Shown in pieces: positions 10,478 through 20,770 of a stretch of 64,000 nt of DNA. Numbering within the stretch: the first letter of the stretch is position 1; every line of letters begins with the position of its first letter. The stretch lies in NCBI GenBank assembly GCA_963813025.1, contig CAWEXO010000013.1, positions 690,315-754,314 on the forward strand. Direction: 5' to 3'. The notes under the pieces are model-generated. The model saw only the letters and a program-made list of their open reading frames with translations, made no database searches and was not told where the DNA came from. The stretch comes from an uncultured Verrucomicrobiae bacterium (lineage in GTDB: Bacteria; Verrucomicrobiota; Verrucomicrobiia; Chthoniobacterales; JAFAMB01). The translations under genes and the position numbers were made by a program.

Positions 10478-11573
10478 GCGGCGTCACGGTAGATAGAAGC
10501 TTCGGAACCCGGCAGCCCAACGGTTTCATCATCCTCGCCAACGGCTGAATAACGCGTGAGAATCGCGTTCGGAATGCTTCGCTTTGGAATAGGCAAACCG
10601 CGATGATAACCAACGCTTTCGGCACCGGCGAGATGTCGGAACTCACGTTTCTGGCATACATTGTCGTAGTAAGTGTCTGGATGAAAAGACCGCCGACAAC
10701 TGCACCGATCAGATAAAACCGACCTCCCTGCAGTGAGGTGCCGCCAACTACGACCGCGAGGATTGCATCCAACTCCAAGTACAGACCAATATTGTTCGCG
10801 TCCGCGCTTTTGATATTGGAACACGCGACTAATCCCGCCAGTCCGGCACAAAATCCGGAAAAAGTGTAGACCAGAAATTTGACCTGCTTTGCATTAATTC
10901 CGGAGTAGCGGCTAGCCTCATCGTTATCGCCAACCGACTCGATAAAAAGCCCGAGGGCGGTGCGCCGGACGAGCAGAAAGGTGAGCCCCAGCATCACGAG
11001 AACCAGCGTGAGAGTAAACGGCAAACCGAACAGGTGACCGTTCCCGAGATAGACCATCGTCGGATCAAGAAAGTTAATGATCTGGCCTTCCGTGATCAGT
11101 TGGGCGACGCCGCGTCCCGCCACCATCAATACCAGGGTCGCGACGATCGGCTGGATACCGAATCCCGCGACCAGGATCCCATTCCAGGCTCCCGCCAAAA
11201 TAGAGATAACCAGGGCAACCGCGATCGCTATGCCAGCGGGTTGATGCTCGGTTACGAGCAAACGGGACGAAACCGCCGCGGAAATGGCCATCACCGCGCC
11301 GACTGAAAGATCAACCCCACCAGTGGCGATCACTAAAACCATCCCGAGCGATAAAAGCATTACTTTGGCTCCTTGATTGAGCACATCTATCCGGGAACCG
11401 TACAAATGGCCGTCGAGCACCTGAAGGTGAAAAAATCCAGGAGTAAAAAACTGATTAAAAAGCAGAAGTAATCCGAGCGCACCAACCGTCCAGAAGATCC
11501 TTTGGCCGCGTAAGAAAAATAAAATGGAGCCAAAGGCAATCCAGAACAGAAGATCAGAAGACCAGTCGATCAT
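10458..11573 (-). CDS. ytfT: Sugar ABC transporter permease, YtfT-like
   Basis: LVIATGGVDLSVGA, IQPIVATLVLMVAGRGVAQLIT, ELDAILAVVVGGT. Confidence 0.88.
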   Translation of the reverse strand: MIDWSSDLLFWIAFGSILFFLRGQRIFWTVGALGLLLLFNQFFTPGFFHLQVLDGHLYGSRIDVLNQGAKVMLLSLGMVLVIATGGVDLSVGAVMAISAAVSSRLLVTEHQPAGIAIAVALVISILAGAWNGILVAGFGIQPIVATLVLMVAGRGVAQLITEGQIINFLDPTMVYLGNGHLFGLPFTLTLVLVMLGLTFLLVRRTALGLFIESVGDNDEASRYSGINAKQVKFLVYTFSGFCAGLAGLVACSNIKSADANNIGLYLELDAILAVVVGGTSLQGGRFYLIGAVVGGLFIQTLTTTMYARNVSSDISPVPKALVIIAVCLFQSEAFRTRFSRVIQPLARMMKPLGCRVPKLLSTVTPHDSPKP

Positions 11574-13097
11574 GCGGCCGGTTGCTCCAGATGGTGAGTT
11601 GCGATGGACTGCATGATCGCTGCCTCCGAAATCTGTCCTTCTGTCAGTTCATCGACCTTCCGGCGGTCGCGTAAGACCACTACCCGCTGACTCTGGCGGA
11701 CGACTTCTTCCAGCTCCGAACTGATGAAGAGCACGGCTAATCCATCTTGTCGAAGGGATTGGATCAATTTCTCAACTTCAGCCTTCGCTCCCACGTCAAT
11801 TCCCCGGGTCGGTTCATCGAGAATAAACAGCTGCGGCTCGGTTGCTAACCACCTGGCGAGAAGGACCTTTTGCTGATTTCCGCCGCTCAGATTGCGAATT
11901 AGCTGCTCTCGGCTGGGAGTCTTGATCGCCAATGCCTGGATAAATCGATCGGCGAGCTTCTCCTGCTCGGCAACAGTCAGGCGTCGCCAGCTTCCTCGAC
12001 TCGCCTGGAGCGCTAAAACGATATTCTCTCGGACGGTGAGGCTGGGAATGATCCCGGCAACTTTCCGGTCCTCCGGCGTCAAAGCAATCCGGTAACGGAT
12101 CGCTGTGCGCGGCGAGCTGAATCTAACAGCCTGCTGGTTAATCCGTACGGCACCCTGATCGGGCCGGTCAACGCCAAAAAGGAGCTTCGCCGTTTCGGTC
12201 CGGCCGGATCCGAGGAGGCCGGCCAATCCGACCACCTCTCCGGGCCGGATCTCCAGATCGAGAGGCTGGAGAGAGCCTTTTCGACCTAGTCCGCGCGCTT
12301 CCAAGAACGGCGCTTCCGAAAGAATGGATGAGGAGCTGGCACGCTTTTGCTCCAGCGCCTGCACTTGGTGAACTGGTTTGCCGATCATGTGGGAAACCAG
12401 GTTGATCCTCGGAAGATCCTTGGTCGCAAAACAACCGACTCGGCAGCCGTTGCGTAAGATCGTGATCAAATCAGAGATTTCGTAAACCTGATCGAGAAAG
12501 TGAGTGATAAAAATGATTCCCAGACCGCTTTCCCGGAGTTTTCGAAGTTTTTTGAACAGCTCTTCGACCTCGGTCCGATCCAGGCTGGAGGTCGGCTCGT
12601 CGAGAATTAATAGTTTGGCCGAAATATCCAGCGCGCGAGCAATCGCGACCAACTGCTGAATGGCGATTGAGTAAGAGGAGAGCTGACGGTTTACATCGAG
12701 AGACAGGTCAAGCCGTGCCAGCGCGGCTCGTGCTCGCCTGGTAATTGCGGGCCAACGAATTGCCCCGAGCACAGGTCGGCTGGCGTCCGAGACAAATATT
12801 TTCGGCAACAGACAAGTGCGGAATCAGATTAACTTCCTGATACACCGTGCTGATGCCAAGAACCTCCGCCTCGCGCGGCGATTTCGGCACAATGATCTGA
12901 CCCGCCAGGCGCGTTTCGCCGGCGTCACGCGGAAACACCCCGGTCAACACCTTGATTAAGGTGCTCTTTCCCGCGCCGTTCTCGCCCATGAGCGCATGGA
13001 TTTCGCCGCGCTGGAGCGCAAAGTCCACCGCGTCCAGCGCCTTGACCCCGGGAAAGCCTTTTGTCAGCCCAGCAATTTCTAAGAGCGGATTAGCCAC
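11570..13097 (-). CDS. ytfR: Sugar ABC transporter ATP-binding protein, YtfR-like; frameshift near 12780
   Basis: GENGAGKS, LILDEPT, GLLGSGRTE, LSGGNQQKV and DEPTRGIDVGAK occur across two ORFs. GTG start at 13097. Confidence 0.88.
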
Positions 13098-13175
13098 TCG
13101 ATGATCTAAGAATAGAATTCGGGCGCTCTGTCTTTCGGCCGAGCGCCCGCTTTGAAACAAAAAATGAGCGAGGGT

Positions 13176-14156
13176 TTAGTATTGTCTCTTTGGCAGCTCG
13201 GCGGCTGCCTGTGATTGTTCGTAAACACCCTCTTGGCTGACCACGCGTTTCGGGAATCCTGTTTATTGGCGACCTTTTCGATCAGGTCAAACAACTGCGG
13301 TCCGAGCAGTGGATTGCACTCGACTGTGACATTCAGCTTGCCATCCTTCATCGCTTCGAAGGCTCCCCGGACGCCGTCAATTGAGACGATTTTAATATCC
13401 TGACCCGGCTTGATGCCGGCTTCTTCCATGGCCTGGATCGCTCCCAGGGCCATGTCGTCATTGTGGGCAAACAGCACGTTAATCTCTTTGGCGTTCGGTG
13501 ATTTCAAAAACGCTTCCATCACCTCTTTGCCTTTCGCCCGGGTGAAGTCGCCGCTTTGCGACATGATGATTTTCATGTCCGGGATATTTGGTCAAGACTT
13601 CTTCGAAGCCTTTCTTGCGATCGATCGCCGGCGCAGATCCGACGGTGCCGACCAATTCAGCGATGTTGGCTTTGCCTCCGGTCAGTTTGACCACCGCCTT
13701 CGCCGCACGCCGGCCTTCTTCGACGAAGTCGGAGCCCAGGAAAGTGACATACAGGCTTGGGTCGGAAACTTTGACGGCGCGGTCCGACAGAACGACCGGA
13801 ATCCCAGCTTTCTTCGCTTCCTGTAAGACCGGCTCGAAACCAGTCTCGACGACCGGTGAAAATGCGATCACATCGACTCCTTCAGCAATAAAGGATCGGA
13901 TCGCTTTGATTTGATTTTCCTCCTTTTGCTGGGCATCGGAGAACCGGAGATCGATTCCGCGTTTTTGCGCTTCGGATTTGATTGATTCGGTGTTGGCGGT
14001 GCGCCAACCGCTTTCTGCGCCAACCTGAGAGAATCCCGACGACTAGCTTTTTCTGAGCGGTGTCATCAGCGAACGCTTGAGGCTGGGTCGAGGGCAAAAA
14101 CCGATGGGAACGCCAAGCAGGGCAATAGCTGCTTCGATAAAAGTGGCTATTTTCAT
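13176..14156 (-). pseudogene. ytfQ: Sugar ABC transporter periplasmic binding protein, YtfQ-like; several frameshifts (possibly sequencing errors)
   Basis: Signal peptide MKIATFIEAAIALLG. Segments SPVVETG, LGSDFVEEGRRA, GTVGSAPAIDR, AHNDDMALGAIQA and VECNPLLGPQL lie in different frames. Ends LPKRQY*. Confidence 0.8.
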
Positions 14157-14241
14157 ATTTCTGGGAGACTGCATTGATGGCTCCCGCCGGGGAGCACGTC
14201 TGACGTTAGTAGAAATCGTCCGGAGCGACGCGTCGGAAACC

Positions 14242-14310
14242 GTGAACGGTCACAAAGAGGCCATCATTCTTACATTTCCAGAAAAAGAGCGTGATGCCGT
14301 GACCGTTCAC
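14242..14310. promoter_or_regulatory. Pair of LacI-family operators
   Basis: GTGAACGGTCAC (14242-14253) and its inverted copy GTGACCGTTCAC (14299-14310) are CG-centred palindromes between the divergent ytfQ and lacI-type genes. Confidence 0.7.
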
Positions 14311-14407
14311 ATCCAATAATTCGTTGCTTAATGCGTTTGCAAGAAAAAAGTGCGCAAAGCTGCGATGCGACTTTACTTCCTTGACCGAACCTTTATTGAC
14401 CTTTCCC

Positions 14408-15476
14408 ATGCGGCTTTCCCCCACAAAAAAAGAACCTTACCATCCATGATGTCGCGGCTCTGACCGGGGTTTCTTACCAAACTGTCTCCCGGGTCATCAA
14501 TGGAATGCCCGAAGTGGCGCCGCAACTCGCGCCCGAGTCCAACAGGTACTCGCAGAAGTTAGTTTCCGACCCAACATAACGGCCCGGCAGCTTGCGGGCA
14601 AGCGTTCTACCACCGTCTGGCTTGGTCACTTTTGCAACCAGTTTTTACGGTCCCTCCCAGATTATGGTGAACAGCGAGCAGGCTTCCAAGGAGCTCGGGT
14701 TGAGCTTTCATGTTCAGCGGCATCGTCGAACAGAGCACTCAATGATATCCGCCGAGCAGTGGACGAGCTTTGCGCCCATCAGGTCTGTGGCATCCTCATC
14801 CATTTGCCTTGGGAAGTGGACTTGCGCGATCTCCAGGATGTCTGTCGAAACGTTCCCATTGTGGCTGTCGATTCTGATTTCGGATTCGAGTGTCCCTCCG
14901 TTTTTGTCAACCAGGAGCTCGGCTCGCGTAAGGCTACTCGTCATTTGCTTCAGCTCGGTCATAAGAAAATCGCCCATCTTCGCGGGCCTGTTCCGTGGCG
15001 AGCCGCCAGACTTCGCTACGTTGGTTGGCAAAAGGAACTAAAGGCGGCGCGTCTCCCTGCTGGACCGGTCGTTGATGGCGATTGGACTGCTGAGTCTGGC
15101 TTTGAGGCCGCCCAGAGACTTATCTCCAATCATTGGGGGAAGTTTACCGCGGTCGTCGTCGCTAACGATCAAATGGCGCTAGGAGCAATCCGAGCTTTTG
15201 AGGAGAGCTCCATCCGGTATTCCGCAAAAGATTTCGCTGGTCGGCTTCGACGACATTCCGGAAGCCGGCTTTTTCCGCCCGCCTCTATCGACCATCAAAC
15301 AGGATTTTGCCGCTCTTGGCCGGCGAAGTATCCAATGTTTGATGGCCCAGGTAGATCAGAGCCAGGCAACTTCATCGAGTCGCACGATTCAGCCGTTTTT
15401 TATCGAGCGAGAAAGCACCGCTCCACTTGCCAACGCGAAGGCTCCTTCTCCGGGACCGGACGGAATCAGGGGTTAG
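14408..15476 (+). pseudogene. LacI family transcriptional regulator with at least 5 frameshifts
   Basis: HTH TIHDVAALTGVSYQTVSRVIN, LGHKKIAHL, GDWTAESG, ANDQMALG and SLVGFDD..PPLSTIKQ are distributed over frames. Confidence 0.82.
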
Positions 15477-15577
15477 GACCCGGAATGGGAATACCGGAAC
15501 GGAATCAGGGGTTAGGACCCGGAATGGGAATACCGGAACGGAATCAGGGGTAAGGACCCAGAATGGGGAATACCGGA
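15460..15577 (+). repeat. Tandem repeat A, 3 x 39 bp
   Basis: ACGGAATCAGGGGTTAGGACCCGGAATGGGAATACCGGA x2 exact, plus a third copy with few changes. Confidence 0.95.
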
Positions 15578-15638
15578 GTCCGATTGACCTATCACCGACA
15601 GCAACGACCGCGATCCTCGCCTTCGAGGACTCGCCTTC

Positions 15639-15763
15639 GAAAGGCTAGTTCAGGGACAGGTCCGAGTTGGAAAGGCTAGTTCAGGGACAGGTCCGAGTTG
15701 GGAAAGGCTAGTTCAGGGACAGGTCCGAGTTGAAAGGCTAGTTCAGGGACAGGTCCGAGTTGG
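15639..15763 (+). repeat. Tandem repeat B, 4 x about 31 bp
   Basis: GAAAGGCTAGTTCAGGGACAGGTCCGAGTTG(G) x4. Copies differ only in the G-run length. Confidence 0.95.
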
Positions 15764-16064
15764 GGGCGGGCCTTACGGAGCGCGCGAACCTCAAGGGACA
15801 GACTCTTAAGACGCAACAACAGGCCGAGGCGTGACCGGCTTTTGCTCGAGCAACGAGAGATCCTGACCGTGGAACAGAACAAACAGACAAACTATTCGAA
15901 AAAGCCTCCCTCAATAGACTCGGAGACCGCAATCGCGTTCGAGCGGTGAAGCTTGAGACCAGAGCCTTGGGCGAACGGTTACGATTCTTAGGCGTCCCGA
16001 ACTGTGTCGTTAAAGAATTGCCGCCCGAATCACCCAAAAGGGGACTTTTTTTGCGATAGCAATA

Positions 16065-17069
16065 TCAGCTGGGGGCACGTTGAAAGGCGCGAAGCACCCA
16101 GATCTGCTGGTTCTCCGAGCCGTGTAATTGTCGAGGCCGAGGGTCACGGGCTTGCGGAATGCGCAGAAGGCTCTTCCAACGAGCGAATTGTTCTTGGACA
16201 AAGGCGCGACTTCCAAGAATACCGCCATCGGTAAAATAGCGGATGCGGCACCGCAGCAATTCCGGCAGCGGAATTTCGCCGTCCAGTTCCTCGATCACGT
16301 GCGCCGCAACCCGAGGAGGAATTCTTACCGCATCAGCCTTCGAAGCCGAAGTTCCCGTTTGAAAAAGCAGCTTCCGATACTCCTTGCCAACCCTCGACCA
16401 GGGTGTTTCGGCGCTCAAAAGCAACGCGCGGCTTAAGCCCTGCTTGGCCTGTGGGCAATTTTTGGCCACTGCTTCGGCGTATCCGCAATAGCGATAATCC
16501 TTCGGGTCTCGGCACAGACCAGCTCGCAACGGGTTCAGATCAATATAGGCCGCCACGGCGCGCAGGGCGGGTCCTTCTTCGATCAAGGTGCTTTTAAAAC
16601 GCTCGGCCCACAGCGCGCCATAGCGTTGATGCCGCCGGTTAAACCATTGAGCAAAGCGACTTTTCAACTCTTTGAAAAAAACCGATATGTCGAAGAGCTG
16701 GCGTGCATAGCGCTCTCTGAGCGTCTGCGCCGCCGGCGGCGCCAATGTTGCCAACTGTTCGGCGACCATCGCGCGGTGAATCTCTCCGTAGCCTGCGGCA
16801 ATGCAGTCCAGCAATTCGGCATTCGACAAGAGCCGCCGTTGGGGGATATAGCACAAAATGTGGAAATGATTGGACATCACGGCATAGGTTAAAACCTGTA
16901 CGCAGCAGGCTTGTTCCAGGCGGCGCATCAGATCGCGGAAATGTTCCGCTTCAGCCGAAACCATCGAGTGATTGGGAAAGATGGTCAGCCCATCCACGGC
17001 GCGCGACATGCAGTGGTAGAAACTATCGCCTGGGAGCTTGATTCGAGGATGCCGCATTAGGATTAACAT
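16065..17069 (-). mobile_element. REP-associated tyrosine transposase-like (RAYT / IS200-like Y1 HUH nuclease)
   Basis: YHCMSR, HUH motif MSNHFHIL, LWAERFKS, catalytic region YIDLNPLRAGL..PKDYRYCGY, C-terminal RIRYFTDGGILGS. Start at 17069 or 17057. Confidence 0.88.
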
Positions 17070-17209
17070 AACCTATTGCGTTAATGTTATCAATATTAAT
17101 TGCTTGGTCGTCGATGCCATTAGCAGCTGAAAACTCTGCGGCGCAGGAATCGATGGACAACAACCCAGGCCGTGAAAGGCTGCGCTAAGAAAGGTCTACT
17201 ACAATAACC

Positions 17210-17627
17210 ATGGCGTTGAGCTTCGTTATCGCTCCGATGGGCCGTGTACATTCCACGATCGAAGACCCCTTTTACGCTCCCCCGTCAGGGGTGGGAGGGC
17301 GCTCCCAATGCACGACTGGAAGTCCATACGCCTTTTCTCCAGGGCCTCGACGGCATCAAGGCCGGCGAAGACGTTTGGATTTTCACGTGGCTCCGCCAAG
17401 CGAAGCGCTCTGTTCTCAAGGTTCACCCCCGAAATGACGTGTTGAACCCAGTGCAGGGCGTGTTTGCAACTCGTTCTCCGGACCGGCCGAACCCAATAGG
17501 CCTACATCGAGCAAAGGTTCTCAGCGTGGACGAGAATCGCTGGCTTAAGGTGCAGGGTTTAGAGGCGATCGATGGTACTCCGATCATTGATATCAAGCCG
17601 GCAATCGAACGCAGCGGCGATTACTAA
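17210..17627 (+). CDS. tsaA: tRNA m6t6A37 methyltransferase TrmO/TsaA (YaeB) family; frameshift near 17280
   Basis: PMGRVHS...PRQG, GVFATRSPDRPNPIGLH, LEAIDGTPIIDIKP. Confidence 0.85.
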
Positions 17628-18149
17628 GATCCGCTGTGGGCGACACCGGCTCGGAACTGTCCTCGCGTTGGTCTGGAGTGATTAAGCGCAATTTTCGTAA
17701 TCGGCTGCATCAGATCGAAGCGTGGTCAGTCGCCTTCTCCGGGGTCGGTGGATCGACGAGTAGTGCATCCATCGAGTGCGAACAAAGCTCGGCAGACGAT
17801 GCTCTGGAGACTACGGCCGAATTCTTGGAGTCAGCCAGACTCTCAAGACCGCCCAATCACCCAAAGTCGATCGATTGCTGTCGCTTTTTGTGACTCAAAG
17901 AGACAAGCACTCTCGGCAACGCTGAGACGGGCAAGCAAAAACGATCAGGTGCTGGTCTGGTTTCACTCTATGTGCAAGTCGACCTCTCCTTTTTGTTTCT
18001 CTTCGCTGGCTGCCGTTCAGGACGGATTGGCCATCGCAGAGCAGTAGCACGAGAAAGTCATGGTCGAGGAGTTTCGCAGCGACGTTAAGCTTCGAGGGAG
18101 GAGCAAAAACGAATGGGTCGCGGTCCGTCTCTAGCGCATTTGGGATGCG

Positions 18150-18162
18150 CGGACCTGTCCCC
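18150..18162 (-). repeat. Dispersed copy of the GGGGACAGGTCCG motif (core of tandem repeat B), inverted
   Basis: CGGACCTGTCCCC on the + strand. Confidence 0.6.
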
Positions 18163-18289
18163 CTTTGCGCGTGGTTATCCTTTGCGCGTGCCAGTTCATG
18201 GGCGCGTGGCCGGTCCTTCTTTGTTTGTCTTTTGGGTAATCGCTAAAATGATAAACGTATAGGCATCGCTCCGAGATCAGGGAGCGCTT

Positions 18290-19864
18290 ATGAATCGCGC
18301 TGAGGTTACCTGCACACTGCTGATTGCTGTTGCTGGCTTGGCTGTCCTGGCAACCAAGGTTTCTTTACCCTATCCGGTACTGCAGGTGATCGGCGGACTT
18401 GCGCTCGGCTTTGTCCCCGGCCTGCCGTCGATTCAGCTGGAGCCAGACTTTGTTTTTCTATTTTTGTTGCCACCGCTGCTCTATCCGGCGGCGCTCTTCA
18501 CGTCTTGGCGTGATTTTCGGGCGAACCTTCGGCCAATCGCGCTACTCGCGATCGGACTCGTCTTGCTAACTGTTGTCATCGTCGGGGCTGTTGCCCACGC
18601 GCTGACCGGTTTACCTTGGGCGGCAGCGTTTTCGCTCGGGGCAATCGTCTCGCCGACGGATGCAGTGGCGGCGACCGCGATTGCGAGCCGTTTGCGCGTG
18701 CCGCGCGGAATCGTAACGATTTTGGAAGGTGAAAGCCTCGTCAACGACGCCACGGCTCTTGTCGCTTACCGCTTCGCGATCGCCGCAATGGTCAGCGGCA
18801 GGTTTTCACTTTCCGACGCAAGTGGACGCTTTGTTTTGGTCGCAGTGGGCGGTACGGCCATTGGGTTGGTCATCGGCTGGCTCGCTGCTCAAGTCCAGCG
18901 CCGTCTCGATGACCCACCGGTGCAAATCACTATTTCGCTGCTGACGCCCTTTGCCGCATACATCCCTGCGGAGCGTTTTCAAGTGTCGGGAGTGCTGGCC
19001 GTAGTCGCGGCTGGACTGTTTCTCGGTTGGCGATCGCCGGAAACGCTCACCTCACGGACGCGTCTCAACGCATTCGTGTTCTGGGAAATGATGGTATTTC
19101 TTTTAAACGGTCTGGTCTTTGTCCTAATCGGTTTGCAACTGCCCCGCATTCTCCATGGGCTCCCCGGGCAATCTCTGAAACAGCTAATTTGGCACGGCAC
19201 GCTGATCAGCGGCGTCGTCATTGCAGTGCGTATCATTTGGGTTCTTACCGCGACGAACCTCCGGCATTGGACACGCTTGGCTTTTGGGAAAAGAGATCGG
19301 TTTCCCGCTTGGCGGAACGCGGCAATCGTTAGCTGGACTGGAATGCGCGGTGTGGTGTCGCTTGCGGCAGCGCTCGCGTTGCCTTTGACGCTTTCGGACG
19401 GTCGCCCTTTCCCGGGACGCGACTACATATTATTTATTACGTTTTGGGTGATTCTGGCAACGCTGGTAGTCCAAGGCTTGAGCTTGCCCGCGCTGATTCG
19501 CGGACTTGGAGTGATGGACGATGGAATTGCCCCTTTAGAAGAGAGAACGGCGCGGCTGAAAGCGAACGAAGCCGCCTTAGCCTATCTTGCTGAAGTCGAT
19601 CAGCGCTTTCCGAGGGATCTCGTGGAGCGGCTCCGCGTCGAATATGACGATCGGATCCGGCAGTTGGAGGTATGTGCGAACATGCGCGCAGATCGCGCTG
19701 GAGCGTTTATTGCGCCCTATCAGCGTTTGCAGCAAGAAGCGCTCGACGTCGAGCGCCGCACCATCATCCAATTGCGCAATGAATATGTCATCAACGATGA
19801 AGTCTTGCGTCGCATCCAGAGCGATCTCGATCATGCCGAAGCGAGGCTGCCTGAGCGCCAGTAG
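18290..19864 (+). CDS. Na+/H+ antiporter, CPA1 family (YjcE/NhaP-like)
   Basis: LPPLLY, SPTDAVA, LEGESLVNDATAL, SGVLAVV, GMRGVVSLAAAL, about 12 TM helices. Confidence 0.93.
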   Translation: MNRAEVTCTLLIAVAGLAVLATKVSLPYPVLQVIGGLALGFVPGLPSIQLEPDFVFLFLLPPLLYPAALFTSWRDFRANLRPIALLAIGLVLLTVVIVGAVAHALTGLPWAAAFSLGAIVSPTDAVAATAIASRLRVPRGIVTILEGESLVNDATALVAYRFAIAAMVSGRFSLSDASGRFVLVAVGGTAIGLVIGWLAAQVQRRLDDPPVQITISLLTPFAAYIPAERFQVSGVLAVVAAGLFLGWRSPETLTSRTRLNAFVFWEMMVFLLNGLVFVLIGLQLPRILHGLPGQSLKQLIWHGTLISGVVIAVRIIWVLTATNLRHWTRLAFGKRDRFPAWRNAAIVSWTGMRGVVSLAAALALPLTLSDGRPFPGRDYILFITFWVILATLVVQGLSLPALIRGLGVMDDGIAPLEERTARLKANEAALAYLAEVDQRFPRDLVERLRVEYDDRIRQLEVCANMRADRAGAFIAPYQRLQQEALDVERRTIIQLRNEYVINDEVLRRIQSDLDHAEARLPERQ

Positions 19865-19984
19865 AGGGCAAGCCCTCAGCCCATAATTTACGATTCGCTG
19901 AAAGCGTCTACTGGAGGTTCGCGCCGGAATTCGATGGCGAAGCGGACGGCGATCTGCCAAGGTCTCCTCCAGGAGAGGTTTGCG

Positions 19985-20764
19985 ATGGCCGACCGGAATG
20001 GAAACAACAAAACGGGCGTAGCCCCTTTGGATGGTCCGGTGCAGAACCCGGAGATTTCCTCAGAGCAAAAGAGGCCGGTAAGGCTAGGTCCGGCGAAAAG
20101 CTGGTTTTCGATAACGCTGTTCAGGAAGAACTTGATGGGGCTCACAGGGCTGTTCCTCTGCCTTTTTCTCGTGATCCATCTCTTCGGAAATCTGCAGCTC
20201 CTTTTGCCGGCGCGACTGGCTCAGTGGCAATTCAATTTCTATTCCAAGCTGCTCTCCGAGAATATCTTAATCAAACTCATCTCCTACGCGTTGTTCGCGA
20301 GCATCCTGGCCCACACGCTGTATGCTCTGGTGATCACACTCGAAAACCGGCGGGCTAGTGGAAAGCGTTACGCATACGACCGGCGTGGCGCGGCCAGTAA
20401 GTGGTATTCTCGAAAAATGGGCCTGCTGGGAACGATCATCCTGGTTTTCCTTATTATCCATCTGCGGGATTTCTGGTATCGCTTGCAGTTCAGCCACGTG
20501 CCTGTGGACAAGGACGGGCAAAAAGACCTCTATACCTTGGTCGTTACCGTCTACCGCAACGGATGGTACGTGCTGATCTACGGATTATCAATGATCGCGC
20601 TCGGATACCATCTGCTGCACGGTTTCTTCAGCGCAGCCCGAACCCTGGGAGTTTACCACCCCCAGTACGTTCACGTGATTAAGGCCCTCGGTTGGGTTTA
20701 CAGCATTGGAATAAGCGCCGGATTCGCGCTGATCCCGATCTACCTTTATTTCGTCAGAGCATAG
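19985..20764 (+). CDS. sdhC: Succinate dehydrogenase cytochrome b558 subunit
   Basis: KNLMGLTGLFLCLFLVIHLFGN, AHTLY, FLIIHL and YHLLHGF give four His heme ligands. Followed by an sdhA N-terminus. Start is uncertain (19934-20134). Confidence 0.88.
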   Translation: MADRNGNNKTGVAPLDGPVQNPEISSEQKRPVRLGPAKSWFSITLFRKNLMGLTGLFLCLFLVIHLFGNLQLLLPARLAQWQFNFYSKLLSENILIKLISYALFASILAHTLYALVITLENRRASGKRYAYDRRGAASKWYSRKMGLLGTIILVFLIIHLRDFWYRLQFSHVPVDKDGQKDLYTLVVTVYRNGWYVLIYGLSMIALGYHLLHGFFSAARTLGVYHPQYVHVIKALGWVYSIGISAGFALIPIYLYFVRA

Positions 20765-20770
20765 TAAATT

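Noticed and set aside
15460..15763. Possible CRISPR array
   Set aside because: Units are head-to-tail with no unique spacers, and there are no cas genes in the window.
15764..16064. TnpB or omegaRNA partner for the Y1 transposase
   Set aside because: No RuvC/zinc-finger ORF is adjacent, and the protein looks RAYT-like rather than IS605 TnpA.
17636..18290. Short ORFs or ncRNA between trmO and the antiporter
   Set aside because: No convincing ORF, RBS or structured-RNA signature seen by eye. A covariance-model search would be needed.
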